Positions 1 to 7,658 of a stretch of DNA of 12,005 nucleotides are shown here, one piece after another. Source of the DNA: Candidatus Auribacterota bacterium (GTDB lineage: Bacteria; Auribacterota; UBA6266); assembly GCA_023136205.1 (NCBI GenBank), contig JAGLRQ010000151.1, positions 1 through 12,005 of the forward strand. The letters are read 5' to 3'. Positions within the stretch are counted from its first letter, which is position 1. Every line of letters begins with the position of its first letter. The translations under genes were made by a program, and so were the position numbers. The notes under the pieces were generated by a model. That model was not told the DNA's origin and did not search any database. It saw nothing but the letters and a program-made list of their open reading frames with translations.

Positions 1-1059
1 ACCTATGGCAATATCCGAAGTAGATCTTCTTCTGCAGCCTCTCGCCATTTGAAGCGCGCATTGGGAACTAACTACTCCGTGCTCTACAAGGGTATCCTGA
101 GAAACGCCAAGATCCAAAATCTTTAAATTATCATAATAAGTAACATATCCCCCAAGAAAATACTCAGAACTCCCGGGAATATCTGTTATCATTTTTCCCA
201 ATTGCCCTCCGGTACACGATTCGGCAACCGCCACAGTTTTTTTCTTTTCCTTTAAAAGCTTCCCGACTGCTTCTTCTACAGACTCATTATCTTCGGAAAA
301 TATATTATTATCGAATTCTTCCCTTATTAGCATAACCAAATCGTCAAACTTACTGCCGGCAGCAATTTCCCGCTTAAGCCTTATAATAATTTCACCCGGA
401 TGAGATCTTAAACCATAAGATATCTCTCTGGACTTCCCGACGATTTTTCTTAAAGTCGAATCCACAACAGACTCAGACATTCCAGTAATACTTAAATATT
501 TAATTGTTTTTGCTCCTTTTCTACCGCGGCCTAAACCAAGGCACTTTAATCCACCATCAAGCATAGGGATAAGCTCCGCAGGTGGGCCTGGAAACATTAA
601 AAGCCTCTTTTTCCCTTCCGCCAAATAAAAACCCGGGGCACTTCCTATTTCATTTGCTACAATTTTAGCCCCTTCGGGGACAAGGGACTGTTCTCTCATC
701 GAATCTTCTGTTACAGCAGGAACCGAAAATTTGTATCTTTCTTTGAGAACTTTATACAAACGGCTTTTACTGACAAGTTTCTTTCCAAAAATTTCCGCTG
801 CAATTTTTTTTGTAAGGTCGTCCGTGGTAGGGCCTAATCCACCTGTGGTTATAACCGCGTCACACGCCGAAAAGGCATTTTCCAAACCTTTTTTTATTAT
901 ATCCTTTTTATCAGGAAGAGAAATTTGTTTTACTACAGAACCGCCATAACATGTAACGGCAGAGGCAACTATTTTAAAATCGGAATTAACAATTTCTCCG
1001 CCCAAAAGCTCATCACCGATGTTGATTATTATTATGTTTATATTTTCGTTTTTCGTCAT
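1..1059 (-). CDS. cinA: CinA-family competence/damage-inducible protein, with an N-terminal MoCF/MogA-like domain and a C-terminal PncC-type NMN amidohydrolase domain. The C-terminus runs off the left edge of the window.
   Basis: Absent from the ORF track because it is open at base 1. My hand translation of the minus strand from the ATG at 1059-1057 gives MTKNENINIIIINIGDELLGGEIVNSDF...CDAVITTGGLGPTTDDLT...KKTVAVAESCTGGQLGKMITDIPGSSEYFLGGYVTYYDNLK... It contains the TGGLGPT.DD (MoCF) and AESCTGG (CinA C-terminal) signatures and runs 353 codons in frame to base 1. In-frame ATGs at 1080 and 1086 are alternative starts. Confidence 0.85.
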   Translation of the reverse strand, partial: MTKNENINIIIINIGDELLGGEIVNSDFKIVASAVTCYGGSVVKQISLPDKKDIIKKGLENAFSACDAVITTGGLGPTTDDLTKKIAAEIFGKKLVSKSRLYKVLKERYKFSVPAVTEDSMREQSLVPEGAKIVANEIGSAPGFYLAEGKKRLLMFPGPPAELIPMLDGGLKCLGLGRGRKGAKTIKYLSITGMSESVVDSTLRKIVGKSREISYGLRSHPGEIIIRLKREIAAGSKFDDLVMLIREEFDNNIFSEDNESVEEAVGKLLKEKKKTVAVAESCTGGQLGKMITDIPGSSEYFLGGYVTYYDNLKILDLGVSQDTLVEHGVVSSQCALQMARGCRRRSTSDIAIG

Positions 1060-1678
1060 CTTCTTTATATTCAATCCCATAGCCATGTTTCTCTGCGAGG
1101 GCCAACAAAGCGTTTGCAAATTCTTCAGCCGCTTTAGGCCCTCTTGCGGTAACTATCACGTTATCTATAACAACTGTTTTATCTAAACAGACTACACCTT
1201 TTATCCGCAGGCGATTTTGTACCGCCTCCCATGATGTGGCTTTTCTGCCTTTCAGAATACCCGCGTTTGCCAAAATTATAGGAGCTATACCTATTGCGCC
1301 AAGGATTTTATTATCTTTAACAGCAATCTTAACTATATTGTGAGCTGTTGGATCATTCCAATATTCTGTCGCGCCATTTCCGCCAACAAAAATTATGACA
1401 TCATAATCACCTGGTTTCATTTCATACACAAGTTTGCTTGCCTCAATTTCGTTACCTTGTATACCAACAATTTTTCCTTTTACTGAAGAAGCCACTTCCA
1501 CTTCCCATGCCGCTCTTCTAAAAATCCTCATAGGAATAAAAAGTTCTTCATCCCGAAAATTGGAACTTGCAATAATAAACACAGCTTTTGGTTCTTCCTT
1601 ACTGGCAAAAGCGTGATTAATGCCGCAAAATGATATAAAAACCAGCAGGTTAAGAAACATAACAAAAAGTTTCTTCAT
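1013..1678 (-). CDS. Secreted DJ-1/PfpI (class I glutamine amidotransferase-like) fold protein, apparently lacking the catalytic Cys-His.
   Basis: This is ORF 1013..1693. I place the start at the internal ATG at 1678 (MKKLFVMFLNLLVFISFCGINHAFA|SKEE), which is preceded by GGGGGAGAAAGG. The N-terminus has an n-region, an h-region and an AFA cleavage motif, so it looks like a Sec signal peptide. The body aligns by eye to Pyrococcus PfpI/PH1704: NFRDEEL vs EFEDVEL, DVIIFVGG vs DALVLPGG, ILKGRKATS vs VLRGRKGTS. Confidence 0.75.
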   Translation of the reverse strand: MKKLFVMFLNLLVFISFCGINHAFASKEEPKAVFIIASSNFRDEELFIPMRIFRRAAWEVEVASSVKGKIVGIQGNEIEASKLVYEMKPGDYDVIIFVGGNGATEYWNDPTAHNIVKIAVKDNKILGAIGIAPIILANAGILKGRKATSWEAVQNRLRIKGVVCLDKTVVIDNVIVTARGPKAAEEFANALLALAEKHGYGIEYKEDDEKRKYKHNNNQHR

Positions 1679-1720
1679 CCTTTCTCCCCCCATTCAATCA
1701 ATATTTTTACAAATTTGCTT

Positions 1721-2380
1721 TTACTTTGTCAATAACCCTTTTAACGGACAGGCTTCACATCCCGGTTTTTTTCTGCAATAATTCTTGCCTGTTTCAACAA
1801 TCTGAGCATGGTAATCGTTATAAAAACCAATGTCTCTTTTAAGATTTGTCTCAAAAAAAAACTGCGCTCCGTCGTACTTAATATTTTCCTCAAAAAACCC
1901 ATGCCTTGAAAATATTCTCTTTGTATACGCGTCAATTACAAACACCGGCTTATTACAGGCATACAACAAGATTGAATCAGCCGTTTCAGGGCCTATCCCT
2001 TTGACAGAAAGGAGTTTATTCCTCAATTCAGAGGTCTCAACCTTTGACATCCTGGAACAAGAACCGTTATAGTTATGGATAAGAAAGCGGCAAAAAGCCT
2101 TAAGCGTCCTGGCTTTCTGATTAAAATAACCGGATGGTTTTATAAGGAAAGACAACTGTTTGTTTGAACTATTAAAAATCTTGCGGGATGACAGCAATTT
2201 CCCATTCTTCAGATTTTCAACGGCTTTTTTTACATTGGACCACGCGGTATTTTGTGTAAGAATTGCGCCTATGCAAACCTCAAAGGATGTCTCCCCGGGC
2301 CACCAATTACGATACCCGAAATGAGCCCTCATCAGCTTATACATTTTTAACAGTTCTCGCTCCACGCTCATTTCGGTCAT
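1721..2380 (-). CDS. Endonuclease III-related HhH-GPD superfamily DNA glycosylase (COG2231-like).
   Basis: 219 aa. It has the helix-hairpin-helix motif VKGIGPETADSILLYA followed by VFVIDAYTKRIF (conserved Asp) and a C-terminal Cys cluster CRKKPGCEACPLKG. Its start overlaps the coaX stop in an ATGA. Confidence 0.8.
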   Translation of the reverse strand: MTEMSVERELLKMYKLMRAHFGYRNWWPGETSFEVCIGAILTQNTAWSNVKKAVENLKNGKLLSSRKIFNSSNKQLSFLIKPSGYFNQKARTLKAFCRFLIHNYNGSCSRMSKVETSELRNKLLSVKGIGPETADSILLYACNKPVFVIDAYTKRIFSRHGFFEENIKYDGAQFFFETNLKRDIGFYNDYHAQIVETGKNYCRKKPGCEACPLKGLLTK

Positions 2381-3150
2381 CTGTGCCTTTGTAGCAATTT
2401 TTTTCTTTGCTCTTCCCTCAGCATTAATAACGCGGTTCCCATAAGTGTCAAATCTTCATTTATAACACTGAAAATTTTCTCCTTTGCAAATATTCCGGCA
2501 TCTCCTCCGGTTCCAACAACTGTTTTAAATTTTACCTTGAGTTCCTTCTCTATTCTCAGCCTAATTCCGTCTACCAGTTCAAGAATCCCAAAATATAAGC
2601 CTGAGCACATCGCTTCAGGTGTGCTCTTGCAGATTACCGATTTCGCCCGGCAAAAATCAAAAGGGCCCAATAGAGCCGCCGAAGAAACAAGAGCGTCCTT
2701 TGAGACTCTCAACCCCGGAAAGATAACACTACCGTCATAATGAAAAGGTTCTTTTATAACATCAAATGTAATAGCCGTTCCAAAATCAATTACAAGAGCA
2801 GGAACTTTACAAAATTTAGAGACGGCAGCAGCATTAGCAACTCTGTCAGCTCCCACATTCTTTCTATAGCTGCTGTTGATCTTTATTGTCTTTAATTTCT
2901 CAGGCCGCACAACATATGTTTTATCGCAGTTTTTTTTAAGCTCCCTTAAAAGACCACGTGTTGCTGCAGGAACCACACTGCAAATAGAAACAGAATCAGC
3001 CTCTTTGTTCCTAAAAAGTTTCCCTGTGTATGTCAAAAACCTGTTCATTTGTTTATGAGAAAACTTGAGCCGTTTACTGATTTTCCCGAAACCGTATATC
3101 CCGGTATCAATCGAAGTATTTCCTATATCAATACATAATATCTTTTTCAT
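2377..3150 (-). CDS. coaX: Type III pantothenate kinase.
   Basis: 257 aa. It carries the ASKHA-fold motifs ILCIDIGNTSI, VIDFGTAITFD and VVGTGGDA. Adjacency to birA is a common arrangement for coaX (Baf family). Confidence 0.9.
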   Translation of the reverse strand: MKKILCIDIGNTSIDTGIYGFGKISKRLKFSHKQMNRFLTYTGKLFRNKEADSVSICSVVPAATRGLLRELKKNCDKTYVVRPEKLKTIKINSSYRKNVGADRVANAAAVSKFCKVPALVIDFGTAITFDVIKEPFHYDGSVIFPGLRVSKDALVSSAALLGPFDFCRAKSVICKSTPEAMCSGLYFGILELVDGIRLRIEKELKVKFKTVVGTGGDAGIFAKEKIFSVINEDLTLMGTALLMLREEQRKKLLQRHR

Positions 3151-3183
3151 TTTATTCTTTAATTTTTAATCGGCAACTGGTTT

Positions 3184-4149
3184 TTATATTAATTCTCCTG
3201 AAACAACCTTTTCAACTGCTCCATCATCCTTCCTTAAATTAAGAGCTCCCGAATCATCAAAATCCTGCGCGTATCCGGCATATACTTTCTTCCCGCTCCT
3301 TATTTTTACTACTCTGCCCAAAGTTTCTGAAAAATCTATACATTCTCTCATAATCTCGCTGTATTTACCTCTTTTCAGCTCTTCATATTTATGATCCATA
3401 AATTTCAACAGTTTACGTACCGTTTCAATTCTGTCCACCTTGTTTTCGGTTTCGTGTATCATTGAAGTCGCCGTTTTTACAACTTTCGAGGACAAATTTT
3501 TTAATGAAGAATTCACATTCAAACCTATCCCCAAAATCACATAGTTTATCCTATCCATTTCAGTGTTTATCTCGGTAAGAATACCTCCTATTTTCCTGCC
3601 CTTGACAACAATATCGTTTGGCCATTTTATCCCGGCCAAAATACCAAATTCTCTTAACACTTCACAAACAGAAGCCGCAGCAATAATCGTTATAAGTGAT
3701 GAATTTTGAGGTGTCATATAAGGCCGTAAAATAACCGAACAGAGAATATCTTTCCCCTTATATGAAATCCATTTCCGGCCCAGTCTGCCGCGGCCGTTTG
3801 TCTGGTGCTCGGCAAAAATAACGGTTCCTTCTTTTCCCCCGGAACGCGCAATTTCTTCTGCTACATCACTCGTTGAACTGCATTTTTCATAGACAAGTAT
3901 TTTCTTTCCTATAACACTGGTTTTCAAACCTCTTTCAATTTCATCGGGCAAAAGTTTATCCGGAATTTTAACAAGCCGGTATCCCAAGTGGGGAACAGCT
4001 TCTATCTCATAACCTACGCTTCGAATTTGTTCAATATGTTTCCACACGGCAGTCCGCGAAACCCCGAGCTCCACAGCAATCTCCGTACCGGAAAGATATT
4101 CGTCTGTCCTGGAATGCAGGGCTTTTATAAGTTTAGAATTAATATCCAT
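3184..4149 (-). CDS. birA: Bifunctional biotin--[acetyl-CoA-carboxylase] ligase and biotin operon repressor (group II BPL with an N-terminal wHTH).
   Basis: The ORF track opens at a GTG at 4176. I prefer the ATG at 4149 (MDINSKLIKAL), which follows a GGAG by 7 nt. Supporting motifs are the N-terminal HTH LSGTEIAVELGVSRTAVWKHIEQI, the biotin-binding GRGRLGRKW, and KWPNDI. Confidence 0.9.
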   Translation of the reverse strand: MDINSKLIKALHSRTDEYLSGTEIAVELGVSRTAVWKHIEQIRSVGYEIEAVPHLGYRLVKIPDKLLPDEIERGLKTSVIGKKILVYEKCSSTSDVAEEIARSGGKEGTVIFAEHQTNGRGRLGRKWISYKGKDILCSVILRPYMTPQNSSLITIIAAASVCEVLREFGILAGIKWPNDIVVKGRKIGGILTEINTEMDRINYVILGIGLNVNSSLKNLSSKVVKTATSMIHETENKVDRIETVRKLLKFMDHKYEELKRGKYSEIMRECIDFSETLGRVVKIRSGKKVYAGYAQDFDDSGALNLRKDDGAVEKVVSGELI

Positions 4150-4996
4150 TTCTGAACTCCATGCTGATATCAACACTTTCGGCGGAATGAGTCAACCCAC
4201 CGATTGAAATAGCATCAACACCGGTTTTCGCTATTTCAACGACGTTGTCAAGAGAAACACCCCCCGAAGCTTCCAATTCTATTTCGCCGCCTGCAAGTTC
4301 TATTGCTCTTCTCATTTGATCTGTCGTCATATTGTCAAGCATCACACGATCCGCTCCGCTTCCTTTTGCAATAGTAACCAGTTCCGGATCATCTATCTCA
4401 ACTTCCACAAAATATTTGCCTTTCCTTCTTACGGCTCTGTCAATTGCAATTTTAACAGAATTCCTTGTTTCCCTTGCACATAGCTTCAAATGATTGTCTT
4501 TTATAAGTATTTGGTCATATAAACCCATTCTATGGCTTTTGCCTCCACCCACTGTAACAGCATATTTTTCAAGAATTCTCCACCCTGGGGTTGTTTTTCT
4601 TGTATCCATTATTTTTGTGCCGTAAGGCTTTACTGCTTCTACATACTGTGACGTAAGTGTTGCTATCCCGGACAATCTTGAAATAAAGTTCAATGCTACC
4701 CTCTCACCTTTCATAAGTGATCTTACATTCCCCTCTATTGCCACCAGGATACTTCCCTTCCTGATTCTATGGCCGTCTTTTACCTTTTTATGAGTTATTA
4801 CCAGCGGATCAACCATTTTAAATAGGTAATCAACCAATTCAAGTCCGGCAACAATAAAATCTTCATTCGCTATAAAATCAGCCTTCCCGCTTTGAGTCTC
4901 AATAAGCAGCGCCTCTGTAGTAATATCACCCTTCCCTATATCTTCACCAAGAGCAAGCTTAACCAGTTTTTCCGTATATTTATTAAAAATATTCAT
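4139..4996 (-). CDS. nadC: Nicotinate-nucleotide pyrophosphorylase (carboxylating), also called quinolinate phosphoribosyltransferase.
   Basis: 285 aa. The TRKTTPGWR, IKDNH and MLDN motifs are typical of NadC. An AAGGGG Shine-Dalgarno precedes the ATG. Its 3' end overlaps the birA start by 11 nt. Confidence 0.9.
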   Translation of the reverse strand: MNIFNKYTEKLVKLALGEDIGKGDITTEALLIETQSGKADFIANEDFIVAGLELVDYLFKMVDPLVITHKKVKDGHRIRKGSILVAIEGNVRSLMKGERVALNFISRLSGIATLTSQYVEAVKPYGTKIMDTRKTTPGWRILEKYAVTVGGGKSHRMGLYDQILIKDNHLKLCARETRNSVKIAIDRAVRRKGKYFVEVEIDDPELVTIAKGSGADRVMLDNMTTDQMRRAIELAGGEIELEASGGVSLDNVVEIAKTGVDAISIGGLTHSAESVDISMEFRNGY

Positions 4997-5005
4997 CTTA
5001 CCCCT

Positions 5006-6994
5006 TTATCTTTTCTTTGCCCCTTTTACCTTTAATCTGGAAATTTTGTCCCGCAGTTCCGCGGCTTCCTCGAATTCCAGTTTGTCCGCGGCTTCTCTCA
5101 TTGCTTTTTCAAGTATATATATTTCCTCAAGTGTTTTATAAGGAACCGGCCCTTCTTTAACAAAACTCTCAACAATTTCTTCCACTTCTTTTTTCCTGGA
5201 GGCAAGCGCCGTTTGAACCGAACGAATGATAGAAGACGGTTTAATATTATGTTTGCGGTTATATTCCTGCTGAATTTTCCTCCTCTTTGATGTTACTTCT
5301 ATTGTTTTTCTAATCGCATCGGTCATTTTATCAGCATAAAGCAAAACTTTTCCATTAATATTCCTTGCTGCTCGTCCCGACGTTTGTATAAGTGAAGTCT
5401 CAGAACGAAGAAAACCCTCCTTGTCAGCATCAAGAATAGCAACAAGTGCAACCTCCGGAAGGTCCAACCCTTCTCTTAAAAGGTTAATACCAACAAGAAC
5501 ATCGAACTTTTCTGCCCTGAGCTCTCTTAGAATTTCAACTCTTTCAATCGCGCCAATGTCCGAGTGTATGTATTTTACCCTGATTCCGAGTTTACTCAAA
5601 TACAAAGTCAAATCCTCCGCGGTTTTTTTCGTCAGAGTAGTTACAAGTACCCTCTCTTTGTTCTTAACATATTTTTTTATTTCGCCGACCAGGTCATCAA
5701 CCTGGCTTTCCAGCGGCCTTACTTCTATATCCGGATCAATAAGGCCTGTCGGCCTTATCAATTGACACGCAGGATCAGCGTCTTTTTCAATCTCATACCT
5801 ACAGGGAGTAGCAGACACATATAATACTCTCTTTGCGAGGCTTTCAAATTCATTGAAATTTAAAGGCCTGTTATCAAGCGCCGAAGGCAATCTGAAACCA
5901 AAATCAACAAGTGTTTCCTTCCTGGATCTGTCACCCGCGTACATCCCGCGAACCTGTGGAATTGTTACATGAGATTCATCAATTACAGTTAAGAAAACTT
6001 TTGGGAAAAAATCTATAAGGCAAAAAGGCCGTGATCCTGGTAAACGCGCGGTCAAATGCCTGGAATAATTTTCAATTCCCGAACAGTACCCCATTTCAGC
6101 AAGCATTTCCACATCATATTTTGTTCTTGATTCAAGTCGCTGCGCTTCAAGGAGTTTATTATTTGAAATAAAATATTTCAGCCTTTCATCAAGTTCTTTA
6201 AGAATATTGCCCGTTGCATTTTTTATCTTCTCCCGGGGCAGAACAAAATGTTTGGTGGGAAATATATTTATCTCCTCAATATCCTTACTCTTTTTACCTG
6301 TAAGAGGATCTATCAAATACAGGGTTTCAATTATGCTATCACAAAAAGACACCCTGATCGGCGGTTTATTATACAATGGAAAAACTTCAACTACGTCACC
6401 CCTTACTCTGAAAGTGCCGGGGGTAAAAGCTATGTCATTTCTCGTATACTGAATACCCACCAGGAGCTTGAGAAATTCCCACCGTTCCAGACACATGCCC
6501 CTCTTTAAAAAAACAAACATGTTTTTATAATCTTCAGGCGAACCCAATCCATAAATACATGAAACACTCGCAACTATTATCACATCTTTCCGGGACAGCA
6601 GGGAAGCCGTCGCGGAGAGCCTCAATTTCTCTATCTCTTCATTTATTGAAGCATCCTTTTCAATATATGTGTCAGTCTGGGGAATATATGCTTCAGGCTG
6701 GTAGTAGTCATAATAAGAAACAAAATACTCCACAGCGTTATCAGGAAAAAAGTTCTTCAGTTCGCTAAAAAGCTGAGCCGCGAGCGTTTTGTTATGAGCA
6801 ATTACAAGTGCCGGGCCATTAAACTTGCTTATTACATTTGCCACCGTAAAGGTCTTGCCTGACCCTGTTACACCTTCCAGGACTTTCTGAGATTTTCCTT
6901 TACTGAAGGCAGTAATAATCTTTTTTATAGCCTCGGGCTGGTCACCGGTCGGCTTAAAATCGGAAACCAGCTTAAATAAATTAGAGCTATTCAT
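5006..6994 (-). CDS. uvrB: Excinuclease ABC subunit B.
   Basis: 662 aa. It has the [12 protein letters not shown]-terminus, Walker [15 protein letters not shown], helicase motifs, and the C-terminal UVR domain [13 protein letters not shown]. The start overlaps the queH stop in an ATGA. Confidence 0.97.
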   Translation of the reverse strand: MNSSNLFKLVSDFKPTGDQPEAIKKIITAFSKGKSQKVLEGVTGSGKTFTVANVISKFNGPALVIAHNKTLAAQLFSELKNFFPDNAVEYFVSYYDYYQPEAYIPQTDTYIEKDASINEEIEKLRLSATASLLSRKDVIIVASVSCIYGLGSPEDYKNMFVFLKRGMCLERWEFLKLLVGIQYTRNDIAFTPGTFRVRGDVVEVFPLYNKPPIRVSFCDSIIETLYLIDPLTGKKSKDIEEINIFPTKHFVLPREKIKNATGNILKELDERLKYFISNNKLLEAQRLESRTKYDVEMLAEMGYCSGIENYSRHLTARLPGSRPFCLIDFFPKVFLTVIDESHVTIPQVRGMYAGDRSRKETLVDFGFRLPSALDNRPLNFNEFESLAKRVLYVSATPCRYEIEKDADPACQLIRPTGLIDPDIEVRPLESQVDDLVGEIKKYVKNKERVLVTTLTKKTAEDLTLYLSKLGIRVKYIHSDIGAIERVEILRELRAEKFDVLVGINLLREGLDLPEVALVAILDADKEGFLRSETSLIQTSGRAARNINGKVLLYADKMTDAIRKTIEVTSKRRKIQQEYNRKHNIKPSSIIRSVQTALASRKKEVEEIVESFVKEGPVPYKTLEEIYILEKAMREAADKLEFEEAAELRDKISRLKVKGAKKR

Positions 6995-7536
6995 TCTTTG
7001 CAGTCTTCCTTGTTTTTAAATCTTTCATATTCACTGAACAGACAACCGCAGTAATTCTGCTTATACAAATCAAGTTCATCAGTCATCTGCCAGTGCTCCC
7101 TCCAGCCTTTCCTGAAATCCTCATAATAAAATTCAATGTTATTACTCTTTGCCGCTTCTTCACAAATGTTCTTTATTTTCTCATGGTCTTGTTTGTGGCT
7201 GATAAGAAGTGTAGATGTAAAAACATCACAACCAATTTCTACTGCCTTAAGAGCGGTCTTTTCAATCCTGTCTTTATAACACCGGCTGCACCTGTCACGC
7301 AAATCTCCAACAACCATGCGAAACCACGCCTCTATTTCGTACCTTTCAGGGATCGTAAGAGCTATATTAAAATGTCTGCAGACTTCACCAACAGCTTTTA
7401 GCCTTTTAATATACTCCCTGTAGCCCTGGATGTTCGGATTATAAAAGAAACAGTTTACTTCGTTACTACCTGAAAGAAGCCTTGTTACAGGATACGTCGC
7501 ACAGGGGCCGCAGCAAGTATGAAGTAAGATTTTCAC
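6991..7536 (-). CDS. queH: Epoxyqueuosine reductase QueH (DUF208 family).
   Basis: 181 aa. It has the [10 protein letters not shown]-terminal motif plus CSRCY and YCGC cysteine motifs. The start is a GTG at 7536-7534, preceded by AAGGAGA (plus 7541-7547). Confidence 0.85.
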   Translation of the reverse strand: MKILLHTCCGPCATYPVTRLLSGSNEVNCFFYNPNIQGYREYIKRLKAVGEVCRHFNIALTIPERYEIEAWFRMVVGDLRDRCSRCYKDRIEKTALKAVEIGCDVFTSTLLISHKQDHEKIKNICEEAAKSNNIEFYYEDFRKGWREHWQMTDELDLYKQNYCGCLFSEYERFKNKEDCKE

Positions 7537-7590
7537 ATAGTCTCCTTTTTCTTAACGGATTCCGGAACTACAATTACACAAACAAACAAA

Positions 7591-7608
7591 TTACTGGATT
7601 TTCAGTAA
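7591..7608. promoter_or_regulatory. Perfect inverted repeat TTACTG-N6-CAGTAA, a candidate operator in the queH/GT39 divergent intergenic region.
   Basis: Read directly from the sequence: ttactg gatttt cagtaa. It lies 5 nt upstream of the plus-strand TTGCAT and just downstream of the minus-strand TATAAT. Confidence 0.3.
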
Positions 7609-7612
7609 ATAC

Positions 7613-7642
7613 TTGCATATTATAAAAAAAAACCGGGATAAT
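7613..7642 (+). promoter_or_regulatory. Candidate sigma70-type promoter for the GT39 gene.
   Basis: TTGCAT (7613-7618), an 18-nt A-rich spacer, then GATAAT (7637-7642). The -10 ends 16 nt before the ATG at 7659. That implies a leader of about 10 nt, which fits the absence of any Shine-Dalgarno sequence. Confidence 0.35.
7619..7624 (-). promoter_or_regulatory. Candidate -10 box for the queH-uvrB operon.
   Basis: The minus strand reads TTTTTTTTTATAAT here, a T-run followed by a perfect TATAAT. There is no good -35 at 16-18 nt (TGTTAA at best), so support is weak. Confidence 0.25.
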
Positions 7643-7658
7643 TAACAGTTATATCGAT

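Noticed and set aside
731-1137. Two plus-strand ORFs (72 aa and 70 aa) listed in the track where no minus-strand ORF was listed.
   Set aside because: This region is fully explained by the open-ended cinA CDS on the minus strand, which the ORF track omits because it runs off the window. The plus-strand ORFs are antisense artefacts.
1853-1861. A9/T9 homopolymer inside the nth-like gene (it encodes FFF), with similar 8-9 nt runs in coaX, cinA and the GT39 gene. Considered as possible slipped-strand phase-variation tracts.
   Set aside because: Runs of this length are expected in a low-GC genome. All the frames are intact and nothing suggests on/off switching. Population read data would be needed to say more.
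1741-1935. 64-aa minus-strand ORF in an alternative frame of the nth-like gene, and a 75-aa alternative-frame ORF at 11489-11716 in yebC.
   Set aside because: These are same-strand out-of-frame ORFs nested in genes with clear homology. There is no independent evidence for overlapping coding.
5421-5824. Plus-strand ORFs of 114 aa and 86 aa inside uvrB.
   Set aside because: They are antisense to a highly conserved gene. Their translations are low-complexity and Ser/Thr/Leu-rich, as expected from the reverse frame of a coding region. They have no Shine-Dalgarno sequence and no recognisable motifs.
7093-7401. 102-aa plus-strand ORF inside queH, and a 98-aa ORF at 9938-10234 spanning the ruvB/ruvA junction.
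   Set aside because: Both are antisense to well-supported genes. The second would need to read across two genes and their spacer. There are no supporting signals.
7560-7590. 8-bp palindrome TTCCGGAA (7560-7567) and a (CAAA)3 microrepeat (7579-7590) in the queH leader.
   Set aside because: They are too short to distinguish from chance, and I have no functional model for them beyond noting that they exist.
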